From contig BLSG01000132.1 of the NCBI GenBank assembly GCA_012862495.1, forward strand, positions 1 to 64,000: a stretch of 64,000 nt of DNA. The letters are read 5' to 3'. Positions 1 through 12,500 of this stretch are shown piece after piece. Under the pieces are notes generated by a model that saw only the letters and a program-made list of their open reading frames with translations, was not told the origin of the DNA and searched no databases. Made by a program: the position numbers and the translations under genes. Numbering within the stretch: the stretch's first letter is position 1; each line of letters opens with the position of its first letter. This DNA is from Thraustochytrium aureum. Lineage: Eukaryota.

Positions 1-1398
1 CCTCGGCGAGCGCGTTCCCGCTTCTTTCCAAGCATGTACTATACCACGTTTGGGCTCGAGGATTCGCGGCTGCTGGAGATTCTGCCCTCCAAGTCGCAGG
101 AAATGACGTTTCGACTCGTTGGGCGCCAGCTGTACGACACGGCCGCCATCGCAGGTGCAAACGACGCCAACCTTGTTGGCTCGTTTGCGTACAGCGACAC
201 GGTGGTGCAGTTCACCTCTGACATCCAGCCACTCGTGCTGGCGCCAATTGAGTCCCTCACTCCTTTCCAGACAGTCAAGCTCGAGTGGGACCCTGGTAGC
301 ACTGCGAAGCTCGCGCCTCGAGTGAAAATCCACATGGCCGTCAACGACCTAGTGCTTCAAGACGTCTTCGACTATGAGTTGCACGAGAAGGAGCTCATTT
401 GGTTCATCATTGCTGACGACGTGGAGAACACCGGCTCGGCCGTCGTGAGCATACCCCAGATTCAGGAGAACAAGGCGCTGGAAGTTCATGTGATGATTCG
501 CTCGAGCGACTCTGACTGCTTCTTTTACGACATCGCCACCCGAGTCACCTTGACCTCCTCCCCGGGCAAGCCCAATGCGCAGCGGGCAGACGGGGTTGAG
601 AGCGGCTCGCTCAGCATGCCTGGCCTCGCAGTGATAATCGTTGCGGGGATCATTGTCGCAGCAGCTTGCCTGGTCTTGCTTCAGCGCAAGATTGCGCAAC
701 AGCCTGCGCCTTGTGACCCGTACGACAAGGACATTGGCCCACCCGCCAAGGCAAAGGTGGAATGGGTCGGCCCAGACAACGACGACGGCGGCGACCCTGA
801 AGCCTCGATGCCCCGTAGCTCGCCATTCGCGAACAAACTGCCAAGCCTTGATGGTGCAACGCTGGCGGCCGCGGCTGGGGCGAAAGCTGCGCAATCGTTC
901 GCCAAGGACCGTGCAAGTGCACGACGCGAGAGCAGACTTGCCTCTCACTCCAGTTTTGGGTCGCACTCATTTGATAAAGGTAGCGATGGCGCCCCTGGGG
1001 ATCGCACCTCGTACGGATCCCACGCAGCCTCAGAGTTCGAGCCGGAAGAGCTGGAGCCCGTTGGCCCAACGAAGGAGCGCGCCGCTGTAATCGCGAGCTT
1101 TGCACGGCGGCTGTCGCAGGCGCGGCGCCGCGTTGGCAGTTCGGCGGAACAAAGCGAAAGGGTCTCGCCAAGCGCGGGCCCAATCGAGCGCAGAAAGAAA
1201 GAGTTCGCGCAAGAGCAGACTGGCGCATCAGACGACGAACAAGCTGCCATCGAAGGCGACACGTTTGGCAGCAGAGACGATTCGCTGGCGCAGAGAATTG
1301 GCGCTGTTGCAGGTGGGTTTCTCTCTGCCATTGCGGAGCGCGTGTCGGTTCGCATCAGAGGCGAAAGTGTGGCCTCGGTGCAAGATAGTGGCGTGTAG
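1..1398 (+). CDS. 3' part of a membrane-anchored reprolysin-like (M12B) metalloprotease paralog, truncated by the window start
   Basis: Frame is open from base 1 (RSRFFPSMYY...LEILP...MTFRLVGRQL...FDYELHE..L.WF). It aligns by eye with the post-catalytic region of the 1656..4213 protease (KSRFVPNLAY...NEILP...MVFRFIARTL...FDYEEHE.PLKWF). TM helix LAVIIVAGIIVAAACLVLL, then a low-complexity tail. The catalytic motif is outside the window. Confidence 0.75.
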   Translation, partial: PRRARSRFFPSMYYTTFGLEDSRLLEILPSKSQEMTFRLVGRQLYDTAAIAGANDANLVGSFAYSDTVVQFTSDIQPLVLAPIESLTPFQTVKLEWDPGSTAKLAPRVKIHMAVNDLVLQDVFDYELHEKELIWFIIADDVENTGSAVVSIPQIQENKALEVHVMIRSSDSDCFFYDIATRVTLTSSPGKPNAQRADGVESGSLSMPGLAVIIVAGIIVAAACLVLLQRKIAQQPAPCDPYDKDIGPPAKAKVEWVGPDNDDGGDPEASMPRSSPFANKLPSLDGATLAAAAGAKAAQSFAKDRASARRESRLASHSSFGSHSFDKGSDGAPGDRTSYGSHAASEFEPEELEPVGPTKERAAVIASFARRLSQARRRVGSSAEQSERVSPSAGPIERRKKEFAQEQTGASDDEQAAIEGDTFGSRDDSLAQRIGAVAGGFLSAIAERVSVRIRGESVASVQDSGV

Positions 1399-1655
1399 TC
1401 GTCTGTGCTGTTGTTCCCTGCGAGAACTACTCTGTCAAGTGGAGCGGTGTAATGCAAAGAAAGTCTGTGCTGTGGTTACATACGAGAATTACAATCAATG
1501 CAAAGAAAGCAAGCTCTAGCGTTTAGAGCTCTCCCGCGTCGCGCGCGACGCGCCACGGCCGAGCGCCAAGCCTTGCCGGCAGCGCAACGCGCAAAACTAT
1601 TACATCGGCTTGGCTATGAAGATGAAGATTGGGCTGAGTGCCAACTTGAAGCGCC

Positions 1656-4213
1656 TCAGTAGTACGACTGGGCGTATTGCGGGTTTCCGGCCTGCATCAT
1701 CGCCTTCGGGTCCCCGCCGTAGTAGCCATTACCAACGTACGGCGCAACGGCTTGGTTGGGCGGTGGGTACTGTGAGCCGTACGGCGGGGCCAGTGTTGCT
1801 CTGGGTCGGCGACCGTCGCGAGCGAACAAAAAGGCGACCATCAGTCCAAGGACAAGAGCGCCTCCAACGCCAGCGCCGACGANNNNNNNNNNNNNNNNNN
1901 NNNNNNNNNNNNNNNNNNNNNNNNNNNNNNNNNNNNNNNNNNNNNNNNNNNNNNNNNNNNNNNNNNNNNNNNNNNNNNNNNNNNNNNNNNNNNNNNNNNN
2001 NNNNNNNNNNNNNNNNNNNNNNNNNNNNNNNNNNNNNNNNNNNNNNNNNNNNNNNNNNNNNNNNNNNNNNNNNNNNNNNNNNNNNNNNNNNNNNNNNNNN
2101 NNNNNNNNNNNNNNNNNNNNNNNNNNNNNNNNNNNNNNNNNNNNNNNNNNNNNNNNNNNNNNNNNNNNNNNNNNNNNNNNNNNNNNNNNNNNNNNNNNNN
2201 NNNNNNNNNNNNNNNNNNNNNNNNNNNNNNNNNNNNNNNNNNNNNNNNNNNNNNNNNNNNNNNNNNNNNNNNNNNNNNNNNNNNNNNNNNNNNNNNNNNA
2301 GTGTTGTCGACAGCGGCGACCAGAAACCACTTGAGCGGGACCTCGTGCTCCTCGTAGTCAAACGAGTCGGCTGTGACCGTGGGCACTAGGTTCTCAGCAA
2401 TGAAGATGCGGACCTTGGGGGATAGAGCAGCCGTGCCGCCCACGGTCCACGTGAACGTGTGCTGTGTCATCGGTGTCAGCTGGGTGGAGACTGGGTCGAC
2501 CGTCAGCGGAGCAATCGCGGGATCAAATGCGACAGTCATGTCTCCATACCCAAAGTCGCCGATGAGATCTGCTGTCTGCGTTGGCGCAACGCCAGCATTG
2601 TCAAACAACGTGCGCGCAATAAACCGAAACACCATTGAGCCCGCCGTCTTGGGCAGGATTTCGTTCAGCTGCTGAGCCTCCGTGATACCGTTGATGACAT
2701 AGGCCAGGTTGGGCACGAACCGAGACTTTGAGACCGTGGGCTTCCACGCTCGCATACGGGGCGTGTTTGTGCTCAAGTAGTTGGCCGGGCCACGATCGAC
2801 GCGGTCCCAAGCGTAAAACCCCTCTGTGGCGGTGCTGCCTGTGAGGACAAACTTGCTGTTGGCAGGCACCGTGCACTGCGACGGGACAGTCACCGTAGGG
2901 CGCGCCTTGGTCGTCGCGATGGTCTCCCCACACCCGCCCGACTGAGCGACTTGCTCCACGAACGTCCGCATCATCTCCAAGTTGTTCGAGTTGAAGTACG
3001 GGTCGCTGTTTGTCTGCAGGTTGGTGTTTCCGCAGATCCCGGCGTAGCCCATGATGCTCGAGCCCGAGCCCGGTTCAACGGCGCCATCGGCCATGAAATT
3101 GGATCCGCCGCAGTCTCGGAACGAGTGAGCCCCCATGCATTGGTGACCGATTTCGTGCGAGACATAGTCAATGCTGAATGGGTCGTTGACGGGTTGGGGT
3201 GTCCCAGTCGTCCCGTCGGCCTTTCTGCCAACGACGCAAAGGCTCGGGTACCCGGCGACGCCGCCGGACCCGGTGGACACGCCGTGCCCGATGTCGAACT
3301 GCGCTACAGTGATCCCCTTGGAGGCAATGAAGGGCCCGTTGAAGTCAATCATCGACTGGTCGTTCGGGGCTTGTGCGCAGCCGGCGACCCCCGGGAGGCA
3401 GATCAGCTTGTCGTTGTCCGGAATGAGCTGGAAGAAGACACCGAGCTCGCGCATGTAAACGCCGTTTACTCGGGTCAAGAGCGTTACAAGCGCGGCAGTC
3501 ACCGAAGCAAGCGTGTTGCCGTGGTAGGCGCTGTACTGGTTGTTGGCGACCATTGCAATGCGGAACTTGTAGCCATTTGTCGTTGTTTGCGTTTCGCGGC
3601 GGAGCAGGTTTCGGTTGCGCGCCAAAAAGGAGGCTGCGTCTTCGTGGTCATGAGAGCTGCTCCCGAGAGCGCGTTTTTCTGAGGTGTAGCTCACGCTGCA
3701 ATTGAACGGGTTTTCCTCCTCGACAAAGGTCCTGCGCGCATCCTTGAAGCGGTACACAACGTAGACATCCGTATCGCGCTCCGCGTTGTCCACGTACACA
3801 AACTGGTTGTCAAGCGTGACAAATGTTGCGCTCAGGCTGTCCTTGGCGCTGACCACGGCGTTGAGCGTGATGCGCGATCCGTCGCTGCACGACCCGGTAA
3901 GCGAGGCGAGCTCGGGGATTTTGGCGGCAAGATCAGGGTGCATCACGTCGGAGGGACCGAGGCCGCAGGTGACATGTCCCGAGGGGAGCTCAAAGGAGAT
4001 CTCGTTCTTTTCCCCGCGGCTAGCGCCAGGCCCCTCGAGGTGGGCCTTCGTTGCCTCCCAGTCGACTTTGATGTACGTCTTCTTGACGTCCTCGAGCCTC
4101 CTGTTGAACAGGCGGTGGCCGTCGGGCGCCCCGTCGAGCACGCTCCAGATTTTCGTCGGCTCTGCGCTGGCGCTCCCAACCAGCACCAGCGCGGCGGCCA
4201 AGTAGAGCTTCAT
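1656..4213 (-). CDS. Secreted/type I membrane reprolysin-like (M12B, bacterial-type) zinc metalloprotease; gap at 1883-2299
   Basis: Signal peptide MKLYLAAALVLVGSASA, propeptide Cys (FNCSV), zinc motif HEIGHQCMGAHSF, Met-turn EPGSGSSIMGYAG. After the gap a TM helix (GVGGALVLGLMVAFLFA) and a Y/P-rich tail end at the stop at 1656. Confidence 0.85.
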
Positions 4214-5684
4214 CGCCCTGTCCTTCGCTCAACAGTTGGTACAGTTGATCAGAACTCGCAGACGCGCCCTGTTCGTTCGTTGGGTGATTGCTGACCTCCG
4301 ACATGGGAACGGCACAGTCGCTTGGACTTTGGCCTGCGGACCTTGGGCTTGTGCCGCCAAACCTTGCGAGCCATGCCATCATTCTCAACCCGACGCCACT
4401 CACGGCACCATGACTTAGCTAAAGTCTAGCGCTAGGAGGTAGGCCCGGCCCGAGCGGATCCAATCTTCGTGGTCGCCGCAAAATGCGGCGCAAGCGCGAG
4501 GTTGTCAGCCACCGTTGTAGCACTTGGACTCTCTCAGGACGGCACACGACCATTTTTCTCACTGCAACCACCAGACCAGTCTCGGCAAGTCGTCAGATTG
4601 GACTCATTGGAGAGCGATTGGTGAAAGCCCTTGGCCGAAAGCCGCAGCTCGGTCGACACGACACGGCCGGCCCGGACGGGCTGCGCCTTCCACCGTGTGA
4701 AGTTGGTGCTCGAGTTGGCCGACTCCTCANNNNNNNNNNNNNNNNNNNNNNNNNNNNNNNNNNNNNNNNNNNNNNNNNNNNNNNNNNNNNNNNNNNNNNN
4801 NNNNNNNNNNNNNNNNNNNNNNNNNNNNNNNNNNNNNNNNNNNNNNNNNNNNNNNNNNNNNNNNNNNNNNNNNNNNNNNNNNNNNNNNNNNNNNNNNNNN
4901 NNNNNNNNNNNNNNNNNNNNNNNNNNNNNNNNNNNNNNNTGCTCTCTCTGGGAATCTGGACAGCGAGCGAGCTGAGCTGGCCGATGCAGCCCGGTGTGGA
5001 TCACCGTGATCCCTCTTCCAGGTTTCACTGCCTTGCCTGATGAGGCGGGCGGCGAAAGCGCTTGAGCAAGGAGGGTCCTCCTTCAAGTTGGCGCAGGAGG
5101 CAAAAGCACTCTTTCGCGCATTGGGTCACGAGAGAACACATGCCGCAGAGAAACCTCATTTTGCCTAAATGCGGCGTGCGCCCGGTGGCCCACAGTAAGC
5201 TCCAGTCCAAGAAGAAAACAATGCGCGCGCAACGCCCCTGCCGATTTGCTTCACGAGTCGCGACTGCGAGCGTCGGCACTTCAAGTCTCCTTGAACGTCG
5301 CATTTCGGTCCGGAAGCGAGATCGAGGTGGACGGACGATGGTCAGGGATGCGACACAGGCTACGCGCAGGGGCGACAGTCGGCGCGGCGATTTGCAAGTG
5401 AGCACTGCATGTCTTGATCTGTGTCTTGATCAAGATCAAGATGAATGAATGAACGTCATGTTCACAAACGTCGTGCATGCTTGCGAGTTGAGCATGCATT
5501 TGCCAGTGCGAGCCACTTGATCGCCAAGCTCGAACGCCGCTGGTGCTTCTCGGCAGTGCCGAGAGCGCAAAGGACGTCGAGCAAGGTGCGCACGGCAGGC
5601 CCCATTGTGCAGCGACTGCGGCGAGGCAGGCGGCCGCCTCGCTTCGCGGCCTGACGAACGTTTCGCGCAGTTGGTCCACAGAGA

Positions 5685-6902
5685 ATGATGCACGACGTCG
5701 AGCTGAGCCGCGCTGGCGGCAGCGCGGGCAGCGCGAGGGGAGAAGCCGTGCGGCGCTCGGCGTCTGAAGACGATGCAGAGGATCCCGCGGTTGAGCAGGC
5801 CAGGGACCCAGAGTTTGTTGCGCCTTTCTTCGGCCGAGTGTTCGCTGGCCGCAAGGACGACCAGTTTCGGGCTCTCGGCGCCGACGAGGATGCCGAGGCA
5901 ATCGAGAACGAGCGCTCTCGCCGCGGCCGGCGCAGTTCGCGCTCCGCGTGCCGGCTGTGCCGCGTCGCCGAATGCGTTGTCTTTTCGGGCATGTTGATGG
6001 TGATCGTCACCCTCGCTCTCGTTATCAGGCAGAACGTGTGCTGGTCCGCGGAGGACGAGCTCAACCTGCTGGCCTCACTGAAAGGCAAGGCGTTTCTGCT
6101 CGAGGACGCTCCGCCTGTGCCGCTGGCGCGGGCCCATAGCCACAACGACTACCAGCAGGCGGTCCCGCTCTCTCTAGCGTTGTCAGCGGGGTTTTGCAGC
6201 ATCGAAGCAGATGTCTTTGAGAGCAATGGCGACCTCACCACAGGCCACATCGTGGGCAGCGCAAACCGCCTCGAGGACCAGTATCTGAATCCGCTGGCGC
6301 AGCTTTCCTACCAGGACGGACGCGGCCCGATCCAGCCGCTGGCGCGAGGTCTGGGCGTCTGCTTGCAGACAATCCTCCTCGTCGACCTCAAGTCGAGCGC
6401 AGACGCCGCCTGGCAGGCGCTCGAGGGCCTGATCGCGCAAGTCAACCGAAGGACCGGCTACCGCGTGTTTGAGTGCTACGACGAAAACGGCCATGCGCTT
6501 CCCGAGCCCGCCGCTTCGAGCGGGCGCTCGCCGGTCCGCGTCGTCATGTCTGGCATTTCTGCGAGCGAGGCGCCCGGGCTCGCAGCCCAGCTCAAGCAGA
6601 GGGAGACGCGCTGCACCAAGATCGACGGCCGTTGGTCAAACGGCAACAAACTACCGGGAGATGCCGTCCTCCTTAGCTTTCTCGGCATGATCTCGGCGCC
6701 GTGGGAAGACGCCTTCTTGGGCAAGCAGCTCGCCTCGATGGTAGAGCAAAGCCACGGCCGCGGCATTCCTCTTCGTTTCTGGGGGACAAATGATTCTGTC
6801 GCCATGTGGCAAGAGCTTCTCAACCACGACGTGGATTTGATTTCCACGGACCGGATCGCTGGCCTCAGCGCGTTTCTCATGGGGCGGAGCGCCCTGCCCT
6901 GA
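5685..6902 (+). CDS. PLC-like/GDPD-fold phosphodiesterase, Aim6-like, with an N-terminal TM anchor
   Basis: AHSHNDY, GFCSIEADV, LLVDLK, LRFWGT and VDLISTD motifs; TM segment VVFSGMLMVIVTLALVI. Confidence 0.75.
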   Translation: MMHDVELSRAGGSAGSARGEAVRRSASEDDAEDPAVEQARDPEFVAPFFGRVFAGRKDDQFRALGADEDAEAIENERSRRGRRSSRSACRLCRVAECVVFSGMLMVIVTLALVIRQNVCWSAEDELNLLASLKGKAFLLEDAPPVPLARAHSHNDYQQAVPLSLALSAGFCSIEADVFESNGDLTTGHIVGSANRLEDQYLNPLAQLSYQDGRGPIQPLARGLGVCLQTILLVDLKSSADAAWQALEGLIAQVNRRTGYRVFECYDENGHALPEPAASSGRSPVRVVMSGISASEAPGLAAQLKQRETRCTKIDGRWSNGNKLPGDAVLLSFLGMISAPWEDAFLGKQLASMVEQSHGRGIPLRFWGTNDSVAMWQELLNHDVDLISTDRIAGLSAFLMGRSALP

Positions 6903-7861
6903 CACGTATGTAGACGGGCGCAGCAGCGTTCTTCTCAAGAAAACAACATTGAACATGGTGAAGCTGGATGCGTTGAGTTGGTGCCGATCCATGGAGTTAC
7001 TGGGTTGAGCCTACGGGAGAGTCGCTAGCTAGGGATCCGGCTGCCTCCTTAGCCAGCCTGGGATGGGACGTCCCCGCGCGCGACGGTGGCCGCGTGCTAA
7101 AGCGTCCCCTTGCCCAGTCCCGTGGGAACCAGACGGACAGCCAAAGGTCTGTTCTGAGCATGGCGAAGAGCCTGACGAATATGTAGAGGCCTTGCGTTGT
7201 TGGCACGAAACACTCCGGCGGATCGCAACAGTTGCTTGGAAGTTGCTCCAAGCAACTACTTGCTGGAGCAGCTGGAGAAGACCAGATGAAGCCTGCGTGC
7301 CCCAGCCTACCCGCGGCCTCGATGATCGCCTAGGGTCTTGCCGGAGAGCGACAGGCTAGCTGCATGNNNNNNNNNNNNNNNNNNNNNNNNNNNNNNNNNN
7401 NNNNNNNNNNNNNNNNNNNNNNNNNNNNNNNNNNNNNNNNNNNNNNNNNNNNNNNNNNNNNNNNNNNNNNNNNNNNNNNNNNNNNNNNNNNNNNNNNNNN
7501 NNNNNNNNNNNNNNNNNNNNNNNNNNNNNNNNNNNNNNNNNNNNNNNNNNNNNNNNNNNNNNNNNNNNNNNNNNNNNNNNNNNNNNNNNNNNNNNNNNNN
7601 NNNNNNNNNNNNNNNNNNNNNNNNNNNNNNNNNNNNNNNNNNNNNNNNNTACCTACACGCCTACACGTTTGCAAGAAAGAAGGTAGGCCTCCCATAACCT
7701 ATCACGAGACCTACTGTCGTCGTGGGTGAGTGCTCCGACAGGCAGGCGGCGACGAGCAGACGCGGGTGGAGACGCCACCGCCCAAGCCTGCCTTGCACGG
7801 CAGCTCGTCAAGGGCGCGCGGCGAGCCCAACTACCACGCGGCGAGTACCGTGACAGCGCAA

Positions 7862-9344
7862 ATGCCTGCGCACGACGCCGCTGGCCTTGGAATCGCCGGC
7901 GCCAAGCACAACTCGCACGGAACGTTTGGCAACGAGGCCGCGACGACCAGCCGGGCCGCCAGGGGAGCAGAGCGGCGCGGAAGTGCCGCTCGTCGGGCTT
8001 GGCAAGCTTGTTGTCCTCAACTCGTTCGTCGGCGCTTATGGGCTTATTCAGGTCTCGATGTTCATGCTGGTGCTTCCAAAGGACTGCGCCTTCCTGTTCC
8101 CCGGAGACCAAGCCGTAGGCCTCGCAACGCTGCTAGGCCTCGCAGGGTCCACGCAGCTTGTCTGCCCTGTAGCGGGCTTGCTCTCAGATCGGTCCACGTC
8201 GCGGATCGGGCGGCGGCGCCCGTTTTTCATTCTCGGAACGCTGGTTGCCCTGGGTGCTCTCGCGCTCCTCTTCCTCCTCAGGCTCGACACCGCGCATGTA
8301 GAACCGGGCAAGCTCCTGGCCGGCGATATGCCCCCGCCCAAATCGCCCAAGAGCTCCGGCGCGCACACCAGCCTTGCCTACGTAGGGGCCTTTTTCGTGT
8401 TCAACATCGCCCTGAATATCTGCTTTGCCGCCTACGCAGGGCTCATTCCAGACTTTGTTGGACCCGAGCAGCTCGGTGAGGCAAGCGGGGTCATGGCCGT
8501 GATGAACGCGGTCGGAGCTTTGCTCGGCGTCTGGCTGGTCGGCTTCCTCTTCTTCGAGCCCTTCTCGCTGTACGCGGCGGCGCTCTTGCTCTGTCTTGTC
8601 GTCACGCTCGTTGTTGTGCGGGAGACGCCTACAGACCACAAGCTGGCCGCGCTGGGGTGCAGCGACATCTCGAGCGCGTACTTTGACTCGCTGCGCGAGG
8701 ACGACTTTTTCTGGGTCTGGATCTCGCGGCTGCTCTACTACATGGGCATCTCGGTCCAGGTCTTCATGCAGTTCTTCATTCGCGACATGATTGGCGTCTC
8801 GGCCCGCGAAGCTAAAGTTCAGACCGCGCTCGTCTCTATCACCATGCTGGCCTGCGCGAGCGTTGTTGCTGTTCCATGCGGCATGCTCAGCGACCGCGTT
8901 GGCCGCCGCCCCCTGGTCTACGTCTCCTGCGCGCTCATGGCCCTCACGTACGCCGGCTGGATCGTGTCCACGGAGATGTGGCAAATTATGGCCTGGAGCG
9001 CTGTTTTTGGCTTCGCGAACGGGACCTATCTCTCGGTCGACTATGCGCTGGGCTGCGACACGATTCCGGACCGCACCGAGCACGCTGCGCAAGCGCTTGG
9101 GGTCTGGGGGGTGGCAGCCTTCATTGGGACAACGCTTGGGCCCGTCATCAACGGCCCGGTTCTCTTCTTCCTTGGTGCCACAGATGTGCCAGACGTCTAC
9201 GACCGGAAGGGCTACGCTGCTCTTCTTGCGATTGGCGCGGCGTTCGTGCTTGGCTCGTCCCTCGCTCTGCGAAACCTCAAGGGCGACCGGCATTCGACCG
9301 GCTACGACCCCGTCCCGCACGTGGAGGCGAGCACGGCCCCATGA
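7862..9344 (+). CDS. MFS transporter (sugar/GPH-like); probable frameshift near 7975
   Basis: About 12 hydrophobic segments; MFS motif A twice (GLLSDRSTSRIGRRRPF, GMLSDRVGRRP). The likely ATG at 7862 is in a different frame from the main ORF. Confidence 0.85.
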
Positions 9345-9521
9345 CAAGGACAGCGAATGTGGCTCTTGCATTCTATGGACTAGCACAAAGTGCGCTCTGG
9401 TTGTTTGCTTTTGGGAACGTGAAGGCGAGTGATTTGATTTTTAAAATTTTCCACGGCAGGCTTGGCTGACCCGCCCTCGCCCCGTCCGGTGCAGCTTGCT
9501 TTGGAAGCGCGAGCTCTAGAG

Positions 9522-12500
9522 CTAGAGGCTGTCAGCACTCGGAACTGCTCTGCTGCCATTCGGTTCCAACAAGCCGCCAACGAGTTTTTTCTTGCTGTTG
9601 TACAGGTATGGCACCCCGCGAGCCTCCGAGCAGATCGGGCACAGGTACCCGCGCATCGTTTCGCCCACTTCCGCAGAAACATGCACGCAGCGCCCATGAA
9701 ACCAGCCTTCGCAGTTGTCACAACTGACCATAAAGTCCCCGATGTTAAACCCCTTGCAGATGCAGTATCTGCGGGCCTTGTCCTCAAGACACACCATGAT
9801 GGCCTTCTCCTCCGCGATCGCGACAGGGATCGAGCGTACCTTGCTCAGCAGCACGCGGCACTCCTCCATAACAATCTCGCACTTGGAAGAGGACCGCAAC
9901 AGCTGTTGGGCACGCCGGCTCCAGTCGGCTGCACGGCTCAGCAAATTGCCGAGGAAGGCCAGAAACGGATGTTCGCGGATCACCAGGTCCTCGTTTCGCG
10001 CAGAGTCTACGACCAAGCGCACCTCATCAGACGTCGCGGCCCTCTCAGCAGTGAAGACGCTTACTGCCTCGTATGCCCAAGACTCGAGCTTGAGTCCATT
10101 GTACGCGTGGAGGCCGTCAGCACAATCCAGAAACGATTTCGGAAAGCATAGCCGCCTGACCTTGGAAATCCATGCGGCCGGGGGCGGTCCGCTCGCAGTG
10201 GCATCGCGCTCGTCGTAGAGCTCGGCGCACAACGACATGTTGCTCGCAAACGAACCGAGACGTCTGACGTACTCTTGCGAGAGCCCGTCCGGGCGGTCCC
10301 CGATGTCGCCAGCCAGGTGGGCTTTCAGCGCGGCCGAGGCTAGGCGCTCTCGAACAACAGCTGCCTTGCCGAGCCCGCGCAAAGCACGCGCCGAGCGCAC
10401 AAGGGAGCACCTGGGACAGCAGTACCGCAACGATTTCTTCACCGAGTTCGCGGTCACTTGAACGCACTTGAGGTGGTACATCTCGTCGCAGTACGCGCAC
10501 TCAATCATGTTGCCACTGAACTCGCGTCGACAGAGACAGTACACCCGCGTGGCCTGGTGAAGCACCGCGGTGTGCTCGGTCAAGTCGACTGGAATTGCAG
10601 CAGCCTCGTCGAGCAAGCTCTTTAGAGACTCGCGGCTCGCCGTCCCCTTTTCGATCCCCGTGCTCTTCACGCACGTGATCCAGTTTCGCGCGGCCCGAAG
10701 CGCGCCGCGGAGACCCTTGACCTCTGGCAACGGGGCGCGCAACTTGCCGGCTTCTGTCGCGAGCCTTTCAAGCTCCTCGATCGTTGGCTTGTCTGCCGAC
10801 TCGCCAGAGATAGCAAGAATGCCTCGGATGCGCTTCAGCCACTCGTGCACTCGGTCGAGCTCGCCCAGGACGACTTCCTCGCTTTCCGAGCGGAGAAAGA
10901 GGCCGTGCTCTTGCTTCTTCTCGAGCAAAATGCGAAGAGCCACCAAGTGCTCGAGAGTCTTCGTCGCGCCGATGCGCTTCTTCGCGACCTTTGACCAGGC
11001 CACCGCGTTGCGGCCCGCGCGCTGAAGCTTCCGGATCAGGTTGCGAACCGTCCAGCCGAGGCCGCTAGGCGCGGGGGCCTCGTCTTCGCCCCCGAGCCGC
11101 TCGCCCTCGCGAACACCCAGCCCACTTNNNNNNNNNNNNNNNNNNNNNNNNNNNNNNNNNNNNNNNNNNNNNNNNNNNNNNNNNNNNNNNNNNNNNNNNN
11201 NNNNNNNNNNNNNNNNNNNNNNNNNNNNNNNNNNNNNNNNNNNNNNNNNNNNNNNNNNNNNNNNNNNNNNNNNNNNNNNNNNNNNNNNNNNNNNNNNNNN
11301 NNNNNNNNNNNNNNNNNNNNNNNNNNNNNNNNNNNNNNNNNNNNNNNNNNNNNNNNNNNNNNNNNNNNNNNNNNNNNNNNNNNNNNNNNNNNNNNNNNNN
11401 NNNNNNNNNNNNNNNNNNNNNNNNNNNNNNNNNNNNNNNNNNNNNNNNNNNNNNNTACTCGCCGTCCAAGATGCAGAGGCCTTGCGAAATAAGGTCCCGC
11501 AACTCGCTCATGTCCACGACAACCTGCCGTTTTACAACGTGCTGCACGACTAGCGCCCAGGCGGAGCCTTCGGCTAGCCATTTCACCACACAAACCTCTT
11601 CCATCCCTCGCGCGACGCGCTCCCCGTGCGCGCCTTGCAGATCGCACACTAGCGCCCTGGCTTTGGCGAGTGGCGCGCAAACGGAAGCCGCGAAAGGCGG
11701 AACAAGCTTCGCCACGTGCTGCTGGCCGCTCGAGCCCGAGACGTCGCAAAGCGCTTCGGGCTTCATCGACGGGGGCTGAGCGGGCCCGAGGACGCCGGTC
11801 GCGTGCAAGGCGATGCCGGGCGCCGCGTCTTCACTAGTCTGGCCAGCAAGCTCGCCGCTGAACGTGTTCGACTCTGGCCGCAGGGACTGCGTGTCCACCA
11901 GGTCCAACGGGAGGCTTCCTGGTTTGCTGAGGTCTTCTTGGCACCGCTCCGCTGCGAGCGCGTCAAGGGACGACTCCAGCGTTGACCAAATGAGGAGGTC
12001 CTTTGCGGAAGGCACCAAGCCAAGTGCTTCGTCGATGCGAAGCGTCTGCGCTAGCGTCGCGTTCTTTCGCTTCTTGGAGGCGTCGCGACGGCTCCGCCCC
12101 AGCGCATCTGCTTCGTCAGAGGAGGACTCGTACACCGAACCGCCGTCCGCGCGTTCGCCGCCTGCCTCGCTAGCTTGCGCATGGCTTCGGAGAGCCTTGC
12201 AAGCTGTCCAATACTCGTTGCAAATGTCCTTTGCGCGTGCTTGCCACGCCTGGGTGTTGCGCGAGACCTCGTTGAGCGCCTCGACGAGCTCGGAGACGTC
12301 CACAAAGAGTCCCTGCGCGGAGTCGACGAGCTCCTGTATATCGACGGGCCCGCTGCGCGCTGCTGCCGACGCCTCCTGGGGGCTGACCCCGTGCCACTCG
12401 CCGACAAACGGGCAAGCCGCTAACGCGGAGTTCACCCAATTGCTTGCGCGGCTCACTGCCCGCGAGAACATGCGCTCCTCGCGCGTCACAACGCTCACAT

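Noticed and set aside
5030..5230. Minus-strand Cys cluster (CGMCSLVTQCAKEC) faintly resembling a MYND zinc finger; possible pseudogene
   Set aside because: The pattern is incomplete, the ORF is short and there is no coding-like context; it cannot be supported.
6997..7730. Short ORFs around gap 7367-7650, considered as a transposon relic
   Set aside because: No transposase, RT or integrase motifs and no terminal repeats were seen.
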